Assembly: GCA_002786785.1 (NCBI GenBank) | Contig: PCUD01000008.1 | Coordinates: 212 to 64,211, forward strand | DNA from: Ignavibacteriales bacterium CG18_big_fil_WC_8_21_14_2_50_31_20 | GTDB taxonomy: Bacteria; Bacteroidota; Ignavibacteria; Ignavibacteriales; Melioribacteraceae | DNA length: 64,000 nt | Direction of reading: 5' to 3' | Part shown: in pieces, positions 1 through 9,534 of the stretch | How the letters are laid out: every line of letters starts with the position of its first letter | Position numbering within the stretch: the first letter of the stretch is position 1 | The notes under the pieces: model-generated | Databases searched by the model: none | What the model saw: the letters and a program-made list of their open reading frames with translations, nothing else | What the model was told of the DNA's origin: nothing | Position numbers and translations under genes: made by a program

Positions 1-1
1 A

Positions 2-1384
2 ATTGATGTAAATGGAGCTTTATTTAATTTAGGAGATGATTCAGGATTAAAACACTCTTTTATTGACAGTACTGTGCAGAATGGTCAAACCTATTATTAT
101 GCAGTTTCTGCTTATGATAAAGGATATATTGTTACAAATATAGTTGGTTCTACAGAAGGTATTCCTCCTTCTGAAACAGCAACAATATTTAGAACGGATG
201 TAAATGGAAATATAACTGTTGATGTTAATACTGCTGTTGTTACTCCAAGAGCTCCAGCAGCTGGTTTTATTGCACCAGAGATTTCTGAATTATTTGTCTC
301 TGGACCAGCTACAGGTTCAGTTTCAATAGATATACTTGATCAAGATTCTGTAAAAAACTTTCACACATATAGATTGGAATTTAAGAATGATGAACCATTT
401 AATAATGGCTCTAAACCTTTTTATTCCTTAATTGATTATACGGATAAAGATACTTTACTAAATAATATTCAACTTTCTGGATTGGAAGAACAAACAAAAG
501 TTACTGATGGTTTTTCAATGTATATTAAAAATGATTCGCTTGTTCAAGTTGATAACGATAAAACAAAATGGCTAAGTGGAAGTAGTAATTTCATCATGTC
601 AGTTGGTTTTGATTCTCGTTATTCTGCGGCATATCAAGGGAAAAGAGTGGATTATCCAGCAGATTTCAAAATTACTTTAACTGAGCCTGGTCAAGGTCAA
701 ATATCATATCCAGCAACTTCATTTAGTCAGCCGATACAGTCAAATGTGTTAGTAGAAAACTTGACAGAAAATAAAGATAGTATTCAATTTATTTTTAGAG
801 ATGAAAACAAGAATGAAATCTTTGACGAAGGAGATGCTATATTTATTGTTTATGGAGATTCTGTTGGTAAACCAGTTGTTAACAGAAGTGATATTCGCAT
901 TACTTGGTCTTTATCAATTATTAGAGATACTACAATAGCAGAAGAACTTCAAAAGGCTCCTGAATTTGGAGATGTCTTTAAAATAGTTACAAAAAAACCA
1001 TATAGAACAGGTGAATACATCGAGTTTGTTACAAAATCTCAAGGCTTTGATAAATCAAAAGCTAACTCAGATTTGGATAATATAATTGTTGTTCCAAATC
1101 CATATTCTGGAGCTGCAAGCTGGGAACGTACCTCAAGCAGTGTTGGAAGAGGGGAAAGAAAAATACAATTTATGAATCTGCCTAATAAGTGTACTATTAG
1201 GATATATAGTTTAAACGGAAAATTAGTACAAACATTAAATCACAATACTACTTTTTCTGATGGTCAAGAAGCCTGGAATCTGATTTCAAAAGATGGAATG
1301 GATATAGCTTACGGAGTTTATGTTTTTCATATTGATGCTCCGGGTATAGGCGAAAAAATTGGTCGATTTGCAATAATAAAATAA
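2..1384 (+). CDS. C-terminal part of a large secreted surface protein (5-prime end outside the window) with a T9SS-type C-terminal sorting domain
   Basis: The frame is open from base 2 up to the listed ATG at 74, so the gene is truncated by the window edge. It has an FN3-like motif QNGQTYYYAVSAYD. The tail VVPNPYSG...IRIYSLNGKLVQTL...GVYVFHI...FAIIK resembles Por/T9SS sorting domains. Confidence 0.6.
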   Translation: MDVNGALFNLGDDSGLKHSFIDSTVQNGQTYYYAVSAYDKGYIVTNIVGSTEGIPPSETATIFRTDVNGNITVDVNTAVVTPRAPAAGFIAPEISELFVSGPATGSVSIDILDQDSVKNFHTYRLEFKNDEPFNNGSKPFYSLIDYTDKDTLLNNIQLSGLEEQTKVTDGFSMYIKNDSLVQVDNDKTKWLSGSSNFIMSVGFDSRYSAAYQGKRVDYPADFKITLTEPGQGQISYPATSFSQPIQSNVLVENLTENKDSIQFIFRDENKNEIFDEGDAIFIVYGDSVGKPVVNRSDIRITWSLSIIRDTTIAEELQKAPEFGDVFKIVTKKPYRTGEYIEFVTKSQGFDKSKANSDLDNIIVVPNPYSGAASWERTSSSVGRGERKIQFMNLPNKCTIRIYSLNGKLVQTLNHNTTFSDGQEAWNLISKDGMDIAYGVYVFHIDAPGIGEKIGRFAIIK

Positions 1385-1405
1385 TTAATATTTCTTGGTA
1401 TAATT

Positions 1406-2437
1406 ATGTTCAATAAAAAACACAAAGCAAGTATTTTAATGTTTTTGTTAATTAGTATTACTGCTTTATATGGACAGAAAGTTTCAAATTCTGGAACAAC
1501 TGCTGCAAATTTTTTAGAAGTTCCTGTTGGGGCTTCTGCGGTTGGAATTGGTGGTGCGTTTGTAAGTATTGCAAATGATGCCAGTGCATTATTTTGGAAT
1601 TCTGCAGGGATAGCTAATTTAGATAGAAACGAGCTTATCTTAAATCATATTGATTGGATAGGAGGTACAAAGCATGATTTTGCTGGAATTGTTATTAATT
1701 TGCAGAATTATGGCAATTTGGGAATTAGTTTTACATCTCTGTCTATGGATGATATGATTGTTAGAACCGTTGAAAAGCCTAATGGAACTGGAGAGCTTTT
1801 TAATGCTCACGATATTTCAATGGGAATAACATATTCGCGTGCTTTAACTGATAGATTTTCAATTGGTCTTACTGCAAAATATATTCAACAAAGTATTTGG
1901 CACATGAATGCAACGGCGTTTGCTATTGATATTGGTACTTTATTTAAAACTGATCTTTTGGGTGGACTAGTAATTGGTGCATCACTTTCTAATTTTGGAA
2001 CTCCAATGACGCTACAAGGTAGAGATGCTAGATATTTCATTAGAGTTGATGACTCAAAGCTTGGCTCAAATGAGAGTATTCCTACAAATATTGAAATGGA
2101 TACATGGGAATTACCACTGGTTTTCAGAATTGGTGTATCAACAAATATTTATCAATCACCCACAAATTCATTTCTAATTGCAGTGGATGCCGTTCATCCA
2201 AATAATAATTTCCCAAGTGTTAATATTGGCTCACAATTTTCATTTATGGATTACTTCTTTTTAAGAATTGGTTACAATGAACTATTTCTTCAAGATGCCG
2301 AAGGTGGCTTAACTTTTGGAGTTGGATTAAATTCCAAAATGCTTTTTAGTGAAGCTATTGCTAGTTTTGATTACGCTTACAGAAATTTTGGACGTCTAGA
2401 AAACATCCATGTATTTTCATTAAATATTAAATATTAG
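1406..2437 (+). CDS. PorV/PorQ-family outer-membrane beta-barrel protein (T9SS associated)
   Basis: Signal peptide followed by the family hallmark GTTAANFLEVPVGASAVGIGGAFVSIANDASALFWNSAGIA. Alternating beta-strand pattern and an aromatic C-terminus (KY). Confidence 0.65.
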   Translation: MFNKKHKASILMFLLISITALYGQKVSNSGTTAANFLEVPVGASAVGIGGAFVSIANDASALFWNSAGIANLDRNELILNHIDWIGGTKHDFAGIVINLQNYGNLGISFTSLSMDDMIVRTVEKPNGTGELFNAHDISMGITYSRALTDRFSIGLTAKYIQQSIWHMNATAFAIDIGTLFKTDLLGGLVIGASLSNFGTPMTLQGRDARYFIRVDDSKLGSNESIPTNIEMDTWELPLVFRIGVSTNIYQSPTNSFLIAVDAVHPNNNFPSVNIGSQFSFMDYFFLRIGYNELFLQDAEGGLTFGVGLNSKMLFSEAIASFDYAYRNFGRLENIHVFSLNIKY

Positions 2438-2443
2438 GTTGAT

Positions 2444-3961
2444 GTGATTGCATTAATTGTATTTATATTAATGGTTTTCCAAAATGTTCAAAGTACTGAA
2501 CTTAAAAGTAATGAGCATAATGTTGCTAAAAATAATATTGATTCTGAAGTTGTAGCAAACGTTGGAAATATTAAAATAACAAATGAAGAATTTAGACTAA
2601 ATTATGAGTTCGGTCCTGTCTTCACTAAAAAGATAAATAATTCCAAAGAGAAGCATCTTAATTATATGATAAATGAAAAATTATTTGCTTTGGAAGCTGA
2701 GGCAATTGGGTTAGATACATCTCGACAAGTGATAAATTATCTAAACACAATTAATTCTGATCTTGCCACTGAAGAACTTTATATAGATGAAATACTTAGT
2801 AAAGTTGAAATTATGGATAACGAAATTGATTCTGTAATTACAAGAAAAAGTATGGATGTGAAAGTCAAATGGCTTTTTTCAGATTCTGAGTTTGAAATTA
2901 ACTCTCTTAATTTAAAGCTCAAAAGTGGAATCCCATTTGTCTCTCTATTTAAGCAACGATATAAATTAAAAGAAGAAATTGATAGTAAAGAATTAAAAAC
3001 TAACAGATATTTATTGGGGAAAAAGAATCCTAGTTTAGGTAAAATAGTAGATACACTTGAAAGCAAAAAGTTTTCAAAGCCAATATTTATGGATGATGGT
3101 TGGTATATAATTTATTTGGAAAGTTTTAATCAGCAAGCAATTCTTACAGAAACAGATTTTACAAGATTAAAAACAGAAGCAATAGATGCGGTTAAAATGA
3201 TTAAGATGAATTCTATTTCTGATAAATATGTTAATAACCTGATGATTGATAATGTACCAATAATTAAAAGCACTGCATTTAGAATATTAAGATCGTATTT
3301 AAGCAACTATATCTTAAAAAAAGAATTATACGAACAATGGTCGCTTCCCCAAAAAATGGATGAAGCTTTAGCAGAACTTGATAATAAAAGCAAAAGCGAT
3401 ATTAGTAAACTAGTATTGATTAATATGAAATCGACTGAAGTTACTATTAGTCAATTTTTAGAGTGGTTTTGGCTTCGCGACCAATACATAAAATTTGATA
3501 ATAGTTCATTGGAAGCATATACACTTTCTCTAAAAGATATCGTGTTTAGAATGGTTAGGGATGAGCTATTGACAAATACTGCTAAAAAGAAAGGATATTT
3601 TGAGTCAGATGTGGTAAAAAAACAATTCTCGTGGTGGCGTGAAAAAGTACTATCCAGTGCTTTTAAAAACTATTTAAGAAATACGATTAATGTAAGTTCT
3701 GATGAAATAGCACCGCAAAAAGGGAATGAAAAAGACATAAATATTGATATTGAAAAAGAATATACAGCAAAGCTATTTAGAACTATTCAGAAGCTTAAAC
3801 AAAAATATTCAATAGTAATTGATGAAGATATACTCGATAATATTATTGTTTCTGAAGAGGAAAATCCGAGTGCAATTAGTCTTTATACAATAAAAAAAGG
3901 TGGGCTAATCCCACGAACTCCTTATCCAACAATTGATAGTGAATGGGCAAATTGGGAATAA
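2444..3961 (+). CDS. Secreted SurA/PpiD-like chaperone or parvulin-like protein (weak call)
   Basis: GTG start and an N-terminal hydrophobic signal. The segment VKVKWLFSDSEFEINSLNLKLKSGIPFVSLFKQ looks like a degenerate PpiC-type rotamase core. This is recognition by eye only. Confidence 0.35.
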   Translation: MIALIVFILMVFQNVQSTELKSNEHNVAKNNIDSEVVANVGNIKITNEEFRLNYEFGPVFTKKINNSKEKHLNYMINEKLFALEAEAIGLDTSRQVINYLNTINSDLATEELYIDEILSKVEIMDNEIDSVITRKSMDVKVKWLFSDSEFEINSLNLKLKSGIPFVSLFKQRYKLKEEIDSKELKTNRYLLGKKNPSLGKIVDTLESKKFSKPIFMDDGWYIIYLESFNQQAILTETDFTRLKTEAIDAVKMIKMNSISDKYVNNLMIDNVPIIKSTAFRILRSYLSNYILKKELYEQWSLPQKMDEALAELDNKSKSDISKLVLINMKSTEVTISQFLEWFWLRDQYIKFDNSSLEAYTLSLKDIVFRMVRDELLTNTAKKKGYFESDVVKKQFSWWREKVLSSAFKNYLRNTINVSSDEIAPQKGNEKDINIDIEKEYTAKLFRTIQKLKQKYSIVIDEDILDNIIVSEEENPSAISLYTIKKGGLIPRTPYPTIDSEWANWE

Positions 3962-3962
3962 T

Positions 3963-5252
3963 ATGCACATAGTGAAAATAAATATATTTATTGGAATTCT
4001 TTTTTACATATTTATTGGTTGTTCTTCATCCAATGAAAAAAAAGAATATGAACTTCTTTATTGGAGTTCTAATAATTCTCAAGAAATAGAGTTTGCTAAA
4101 ATAGTTATTAGCCAATGGAATGAAATGCACCCAGAAGCAAAAGTTCAATACCAACCAGTTCCGGAAGGTCAGTCGAGTGAAGAAATTATTTTAGCCGCTG
4201 TTGTTGGGGAGACTACACCAGATGTTTATTCAAATATGTGGCAGGGTGATGTTGAAATTTACGCAGAGTCTGGCTCGCTCGTTGCTTTTGATACTTTGGA
4301 CGGATTTAATGAATTTATATATGATAGATGTGATACTTCTGTGATGATTGAAAATACATCGCTTGATAATCATATATACCAAATCCCTTGGAAGATAAAT
4401 CCTATTTTGATGATTTACAATAAAAATCACATTAAAAATCTTGGGTTAGATCATGCTCCATCAACTTATGATGAGTTTTTTGACGCAGCTGAAAAATTTA
4501 AGAAGGATAAAGATGGCGATGGATATATTGATCAGTGGTTTGGATATTCTGAGGTATTAGTTACTTGGTGGCAAAGGTTTTTTGATTTTTATCCATTGTA
4601 TTTGGCTGCTTCTAGCGGACAACCTTTAATAAAAAATAACAAAGCAGATTTTGATAATGAATATGCGGTTAACGTATTTAAATTTTTAAGAGAGTTATAT
4701 AAGCAAAAATATTTTCCACAAGAACGTTTGGCAACAAGAGAAGACCCATTTTTATCTGGTACTATTGTTACTAGGTTTACTGGTCCTTGGGAGATTTCTC
4801 ATGCTGAAAAATATAAACCTGATGGATTTGAATATGGATTTCAACATATTCCAGTTCCCGCTAATTCTAAAGGACCAATTTACACATATGGTGATCCTAA
4901 GAATATTGTAATTTTTAATACTTGCAAAAAGCCTAACTTAGCATTTCAGTTTGCTAAGTTCCTTACAAGCAAGAAGAACGATTTTCAATTACTCAAACTT
5001 ACTTCGCAATATCCAAGAAGAAAAGATCTTCTTACTGATTCTTTATTTGTGAAATATTTTGAAAAAAATCCAGAACTTAGAGTATTTGCAGAGCAAGCAA
5101 AATATGTAAGGGGAACAGATGCTTCTTCAGTATTAAAGGAAGTTTTTGATATTATTTCACAAGAATATGAAGCGTGTGTAATTTACGGTACAAAAACTCC
5201 TGAAGAAGCAATTAAAGATGCTGCATTTGCTGTCAATTTATTGAACTTATAA
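3963..5252 (+). CDS. ABC transporter extracellular sugar-binding lipoprotein (family 1 SBP)
   Basis: MHIVKINIFIGILFYIFIGCSSS is a lipoprotein signal with a Cys lipobox. LLYWSSNNSQEIEFAKIVISQWNEMHPEAKVQYQPVPEG and the WW/aromatic-rich body are typical of carbohydrate SBPs. The track start at 3933 overlaps the upstream gene and is less likely. Confidence 0.8.
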   Translation: MHIVKINIFIGILFYIFIGCSSSNEKKEYELLYWSSNNSQEIEFAKIVISQWNEMHPEAKVQYQPVPEGQSSEEIILAAVVGETTPDVYSNMWQGDVEIYAESGSLVAFDTLDGFNEFIYDRCDTSVMIENTSLDNHIYQIPWKINPILMIYNKNHIKNLGLDHAPSTYDEFFDAAEKFKKDKDGDGYIDQWFGYSEVLVTWWQRFFDFYPLYLAASSGQPLIKNNKADFDNEYAVNVFKFLRELYKQKYFPQERLATREDPFLSGTIVTRFTGPWEISHAEKYKPDGFEYGFQHIPVPANSKGPIYTYGDPKNIVIFNTCKKPNLAFQFAKFLTSKKNDFQLLKLTSQYPRRKDLLTDSLFVKYFEKNPELRVFAEQAKYVRGTDASSVLKEVFDIISQEYEACVIYGTKTPEEAIKDAAFAVNLLNL

Positions 5253-5261
5253 TTAGAAATT

Positions 5262-5351
5262 ATGAAACGAGCAAATAAAATGATTAACAGACTAAAAAAT
5301 GATTATAATGTAAGTTACATCTGGCAAAAATTAACAATGATAAAAAGATGA
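5262..5351 (+). CDS. 29-codon micro-ORF (MKRANKMINRLKNDYNVSYIWQKLTMIKR), stop overlapping the permease start as ATGA
   Basis: Hand-translated. It fills the SBP-permease gap, starting 9 nt after the SBP stop. Its paralog at 6210-6299 has the same length, the same MKRA start, a shared SYIWQKLT core and the same ATGA junction. Confidence 0.45.
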   Translation: MKRANKMINRLKNDYNVSYIWQKLTMIKR

Positions 5352-6205
5352 AAACTAGAAAAATAACACCATATTTACTTGTAGCACCATATATACTGCA
5401 CTTCGTAATATTTGTAGCGTTTCCTGTTATATTCTCAATTGTTTTAACATTTCATAAATGGAATATAATTTCACCGATGAAATTTTCTGGCTTAGATAAT
5501 TATATTAGGCTTTTTAACGATACCTTGTTTCTAAAATCAATAATGAACACTTTTGTATTTTTAATTATCCATATACCTCTTCAAATATTTGTTGCGTTAA
5601 TATTAGCAGAAATTCTTAATCAAAAAATATTTATGCGAGGATTTTTTAGAGCCGCTTTCTTTATGCCTGTTGTAGTTTCTGGTGTTGTTGTAACAATGCT
5701 TTGGCAGCAAATGTTTGCTTTCGATACTGGATTACTTAATAGAGTTTTGACCACAATCGGTTTAGATAAAGTTGGCTGGCTTGTTGACCCAGATATTGCA
5801 ATGTCATCAATTGCTGTTATGGCAACTTGGAAAAATGTTGGATTATATGTAATACTATTTTTAGTTGGCTTACAAACCGTTCCACCGCACTATTATGAAG
5901 CTGCTGATTTAGAAGGTGCAAACAGATTTCAGAAGTTCTTTTACATAACTCTTCCTATGATTAAACCAACCATGTTTATGGTTATTATTCTTTCTACAAT
6001 TGGTGGATTTTCATTATTTATTGAACCATATATTATGACAGGCGGCGGTCCACTGAACAGTACTATTTCTGCAGTTCTCTATATTTATAAGCAAGGATTT
6101 TTCTATTATCACATGGGTTACGCTTCAACACTGGGATTATTTTTTGCCTTAATAATATTGATTGTAATTGTAATTCAGAAAAAATTTATTGAGAGGGAAA
6201 AATAG
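5348..6205 (+). CDS. ABC sugar transporter permease (MalF/UgpA type)
   Basis: Six hydrophobic segments. Contains the EAA-loop region YYEAADLEGANRFQKFFYITLPMIKP typical of binding-protein-dependent transport inner-membrane components. Confidence 0.85.
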   Translation: MKTRKITPYLLVAPYILHFVIFVAFPVIFSIVLTFHKWNIISPMKFSGLDNYIRLFNDTLFLKSIMNTFVFLIIHIPLQIFVALILAEILNQKIFMRGFFRAAFFMPVVVSGVVVTMLWQQMFAFDTGLLNRVLTTIGLDKVGWLVDPDIAMSSIAVMATWKNVGLYVILFLVGLQTVPPHYYEAADLEGANRFQKFFYITLPMIKPTMFMVIILSTIGGFSLFIEPYIMTGGGPLNSTISAVLYIYKQGFFYYHMGYASTLGLFFALIILIVIVIQKKFIEREK

Positions 6206-6209
6206 TATT

Positions 6210-6299
6210 ATGAAACGAGCATGCAAAGATATTTATTCACAAGCTAATGATTGTAATGCGAGTTACATCTGGCAAAAATTAACTATAATAAACAGATGA
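6210..6299 (+). CDS. 29-codon micro-ORF (MKRACKDIYSQANDCNASYIWQKLTIINR), stop overlapping the permease start as ATGA
   Basis: Hand-translated. It starts 4 nt after the first permease stop and is the paralog of 5262-5351. The two share an identical 23-nt block agttacatctggcaaaaattaac. Confidence 0.45.
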   Translation: MKRACKDIYSQANDCNASYIWQKLTIINR

Positions 6300-7105
6300 A
6301 AAAACTAATATTTTATACCGTACTTTTATTTGCAGCTCTCTCATTCATTTATCCTTTTATTTGGATGATAAGTGCATCGCTTGCACCTGAAAGTGAAATA
6401 GGAAGTTTGGTGCTATTTCCAAATACTTTTACTTTGGATAGCTACACTCAAATGTTTTCAAAAATTCCAATTGGTAGAGCATTGTTCAATAGCATTTTGG
6501 TTTCTACATTAGTTACTATCGGAGTTTTAGTATTTGGTTCAATGGTTGGGTATGCGCTTTCAAAATTGGAATTTAAGGGAAGGGAATTCATATTTTACGT
6601 TATAATTTTTACAATGACACTTCCATTTCAAATTACTTTAATTCCACAATATATTTTAATGGTAAAATTTGGCTGGGTTGATACATACGCTGCGTTAATT
6701 GTGCCATATCTTATGAACGCTTTGGCAATAATAATGTTTAGACAATATTTCAAAAGTATTCCTACTGATTTGCTTGACGCGGCGCGTATTGATGGATGTG
6801 GGGAACTTAGAATACTTTTTACTATTCTTTGGCCAAACGCATTGCCAGCAATTGTTACAATTGGAATATTGACATTTATGGCATCTTGGAATGAAGTATT
6901 GTGGCCCTTAATTGTAATTAGAGACGAAAGTCTTATGACAATGCCGCAACTTGTTACATTATTTGCAGTGGGTGGAAGAGCTGATGCACAATTAGGTGTA
7001 AAACTTGCCTCTGCTATTTTACTAGCACTTCCAATAATGATAGCATATCTATTTTTTCAAAAATATTTTATACAAAGTATGGCTTCAACAGGACTTAAAG
7101 AATAG
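6296..7105 (+). CDS. ABC sugar transporter permease (MalG/UgpE type)
   Basis: Contains the EAA-loop LLDAARIDGCGELRILFTILWPNALP and multiple transmembrane segments. Confidence 0.85.
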   Translation: MKKLIFYTVLLFAALSFIYPFIWMISASLAPESEIGSLVLFPNTFTLDSYTQMFSKIPIGRALFNSILVSTLVTIGVLVFGSMVGYALSKLEFKGREFIFYVIIFTMTLPFQITLIPQYILMVKFGWVDTYAALIVPYLMNALAIIMFRQYFKSIPTDLLDAARIDGCGELRILFTILWPNALPAIVTIGILTFMASWNEVLWPLIVIRDESLMTMPQLVTLFAVGGRADAQLGVKLASAILLALPIMIAYLFFQKYFIQSMASTGLKE

Positions 7106-7197
7106 AAAAATTATTTTATTGAGTTGCAATGTTTTTAGCAGATAATAAACTGGTTATCTGTGTAAATAAAGAATTAGAATTTTAGAGAGAAATTAAA

Positions 7198-9534
7198 TTG
7201 AATAAAAAAAATATCCCCAATAAAATTGCATTTATAGGTGATTATTTACCCCGAAAGTGTGGTATTGCAACTTTTACATCCGATATATTTACAAGTATCA
7301 ATCTCCAATATCAAAAAAATAATTGCTTTGTAATTGCAGTTAATGATACAAAGGAAGGTTATAATTATCCCAATGAAGTTAAATTTGAAATTGAAGAACA
7401 AGAACTGGCTTCATATCAACGTGCTGCGGATTTTATCAATTTTAACAATATCGAAATTGTATCACTTCAGCACGAATTTGGAATTTATGGCGGTAAATCC
7501 GGAAGTCATATTCTTGCACTTTTAAGAGATTTGCATGTTCCGGTTGTAACTACGTTTCATACAATTTTAGAAAAACCAACACCTGAACAATTCTTAGTAA
7601 TGAAGGAAATTATTAAACTTTCTGCCCGTCTGGTTACAATGACGGAAAAAGGTAAATCTTTTCTTACAGAAATTTATAAAGCTCCGGTTGGAAAAATTGA
7701 TATTATTCCTCATGGAATTCCAGAGATGTCTTTTGTTGACCCTAATTTTTACAAGGACCAATTTGGAGTTGATGGAAAACAAGTGATCTTAACCTTTGGG
7801 CTTCTTTCTCCGCAAAAGGGGATTGAAAATGTTTTAAAAGCAATGCCTGAGGTTTTAAAAGAATTTCCAAATGTTGTATATGTAATTCTTGGAGCAACTC
7901 ATCCAAATCTTGTGAAGGAGCATGGAGAAATTTATAGAATGAGTCTTGAGCGGATGTCTGCTGATCTTGGAATTAAAAAGAATATAATATTTTATAACAG
8001 ATTTGTTGAATTAGAAGAACTAAAAGCTTTCATTGGAATGTGTGATATTTATATTACTCCATACATAAATAAAGCTCAAATAACTTCAGGAACACTTGCT
8101 TATGCTTTCGGCTGCGGGAAAAGTGTTATTTCTACACCTTACTGGCATGCAGAAGAGTTATTAGCGGAAGGAAGAGGAATTTTAGTTCCTTTCGCGGATT
8201 CAAAAGCTATTTCAACAGAAATAATTAGTTTATTGAAAGATGATAAACGCCGTCATGCAATGAGAAAAAAAGCTTACCTGCTTGGTCGTAAAATGATTTG
8301 GAGTGAAACAGCTAAAATATATTTGGATTCATTTAAAAAAGCTAGGCTTCCCAAAAATGAAAAATATTCCCGAATATTTGCTGTAAAAACGCTTGAAGAA
8401 AAAAGGGAAGAACTTCCCAAGATTAAATTAAATCATTTAATCAGAATGACAGATTCAACAGGTTTATATCATCATGCAATTGGTTCAATCCCTAATTATT
8501 CCGAAGGCTATTGTACTGACGATAACGCAAGAGCTCTTTTGCTTTCAGTTCTACTTGAGGAAACATATCCAGATAATGAAATAATTCAGGATTTATCTAG
8601 CCGTTATTCTGCTTTTGTTAACTATGCTTTTGATAAAAAAACTAAGCGCTTTAGAAATTTTATGAGCTATGATAGAAAATGGATTGAAGATGAGGGTTCC
8701 GATGATTGCCAAGGTAGATCAATTTGGGCTTTGGGAACTTGTGCAGGCAGATCAAAATTCCCTAATTTCCATATGTGGGGAACACAATTATTTAACCAAG
8801 CTATTAATTCAGCAGAAACTTTAACTTCGCCTCGTGCATGGGCTTTTTCTTTATTAGGCATAAATGAATATTTTAGAAGAATGAGCGGTGACACAATTGC
8901 CAGTCAGGTGAGAGATACACTAACAAACCGTTTGACAAAACTTTATGATTCTGTCGCCGAGGATGAATGGTTTTGGTTTGAAGATATTTTATCTTATGAT
9001 AACGCTGTAATTCCTCGTGCCTTAATTGTAAGTGGACAGTGGACAGAAAATGAGAAAGCTTTTGACATTGGATTGAAATCCTTACGTTGGCTTTTAAAAA
9101 TACAAACTACGGAACATGGTAATTTTAGACCAATAGGTTCTAATGGATTTTATCGAAAAGGTGGCAACAGAGCAAAATTTGATCAGCAACCTATTGAAGC
9201 CTATTCAATGCTTACAGCCTGTTTAGAAGCTACACGAGCAACCGATGATAAATTTTGGCTTGAATCTGCCAGAATGATTTTCGAATGGTTTTTAGGCAGA
9301 AATGATCTTGAAATTCCTCTTTATAACACAAAGACTGGCGGGTGCCACGATGCACTTCATGTTGACAGAATAAACCAAAATCAGGGCGGCGAATCGACAC
9401 TTGCCTTTTTACTATCTTTAGTCGAAATGCGCATTATGGAAAATTCTTTTCGTTCATTTAAAAGGCTCAAAGGTCTTGAACATCTTGAAAATTTAATTGA
9501 AAAACAAATAGTGGATAAACATGAAAGTAATTAG
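7198..9534 (+). CDS. Fusion protein: N-terminal GT4 (group 1) glycosyltransferase plus a C-terminal (alpha/alpha)-barrel-like domain of unknown function
   Basis: TTG start. The N-terminus IAFIGDYLPRKCGIATFTSD and the later E-x7-E-like region (TSGTLAYAFGCGKSVISTPYWHAEELL) are typical of GT4 enzymes. The C-terminal ~340 aa share motifs with the lipoprotein at 11892-13172 (CTDDNARALL, GGESTLAFLLSLVEM). No signal peptide. Confidence 0.7.
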   Translation: MNKKNIPNKIAFIGDYLPRKCGIATFTSDIFTSINLQYQKNNCFVIAVNDTKEGYNYPNEVKFEIEEQELASYQRAADFINFNNIEIVSLQHEFGIYGGKSGSHILALLRDLHVPVVTTFHTILEKPTPEQFLVMKEIIKLSARLVTMTEKGKSFLTEIYKAPVGKIDIIPHGIPEMSFVDPNFYKDQFGVDGKQVILTFGLLSPQKGIENVLKAMPEVLKEFPNVVYVILGATHPNLVKEHGEIYRMSLERMSADLGIKKNIIFYNRFVELEELKAFIGMCDIYITPYINKAQITSGTLAYAFGCGKSVISTPYWHAEELLAEGRGILVPFADSKAISTEIISLLKDDKRRHAMRKKAYLLGRKMIWSETAKIYLDSFKKARLPKNEKYSRIFAVKTLEEKREELPKIKLNHLIRMTDSTGLYHHAIGSIPNYSEGYCTDDNARALLLSVLLEETYPDNEIIQDLSSRYSAFVNYAFDKKTKRFRNFMSYDRKWIEDEGSDDCQGRSIWALGTCAGRSKFPNFHMWGTQLFNQAINSAETLTSPRAWAFSLLGINEYFRRMSGDTIASQVRDTLTNRLTKLYDSVAEDEWFWFEDILSYDNAVIPRALIVSGQWTENEKAFDIGLKSLRWLLKIQTTEHGNFRPIGSNGFYRKGGNRAKFDQQPIEAYSMLTACLEATRATDDKFWLESARMIFEWFLGRNDLEIPLYNTKTGGCHDALHVDRINQNQGGESTLAFLLSLVEMRIMENSFRSFKRLKGLEHLENLIEKQIVDKHESN

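Noticed and set aside
2779-3066. Minus-strand or alternate-frame ORFs of 60-110 aa listed in the track inside long genes. Examples are 2779-3066, 4230-4430, 8667-8894, 10521-10769, 17618-17902, 22449-22700, 39650-39883, 49880-50164, 55584-55847, 56799-57131 and 61482-61757.
   Set aside because: Each lies entirely within, or antisense to, a much longer ORF with clear family signatures. Their products are low-complexity or Ile/Leu/Ser/Phe-rich, as expected for shadow frames in AT-rich DNA. None has its own recognisable motif.
3933-3962. N-terminal extensions suggested by the ORF track. These are SBP from 3933, beta-mannosidase from 13220 and VIT transporter up to 39948.
   Set aside because: Internal ATG starts (3963, 13238, 39894) give canonical N-termini: a lipoprotein signal, the WEFKL start and a cytosolic VIT N-terminus. 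They also remove overlaps and odd hydrophobic leaders.
7139-7160. Hairpin cagataa-8 nt loop-ttatctg between the second permease gene and the GT4 gene, considered as a terminator.
   Set aside because: The stem is a 7-bp A/T-rich stem with no following T-run. It is too weak to call and may be an attenuating or processing structure at most.
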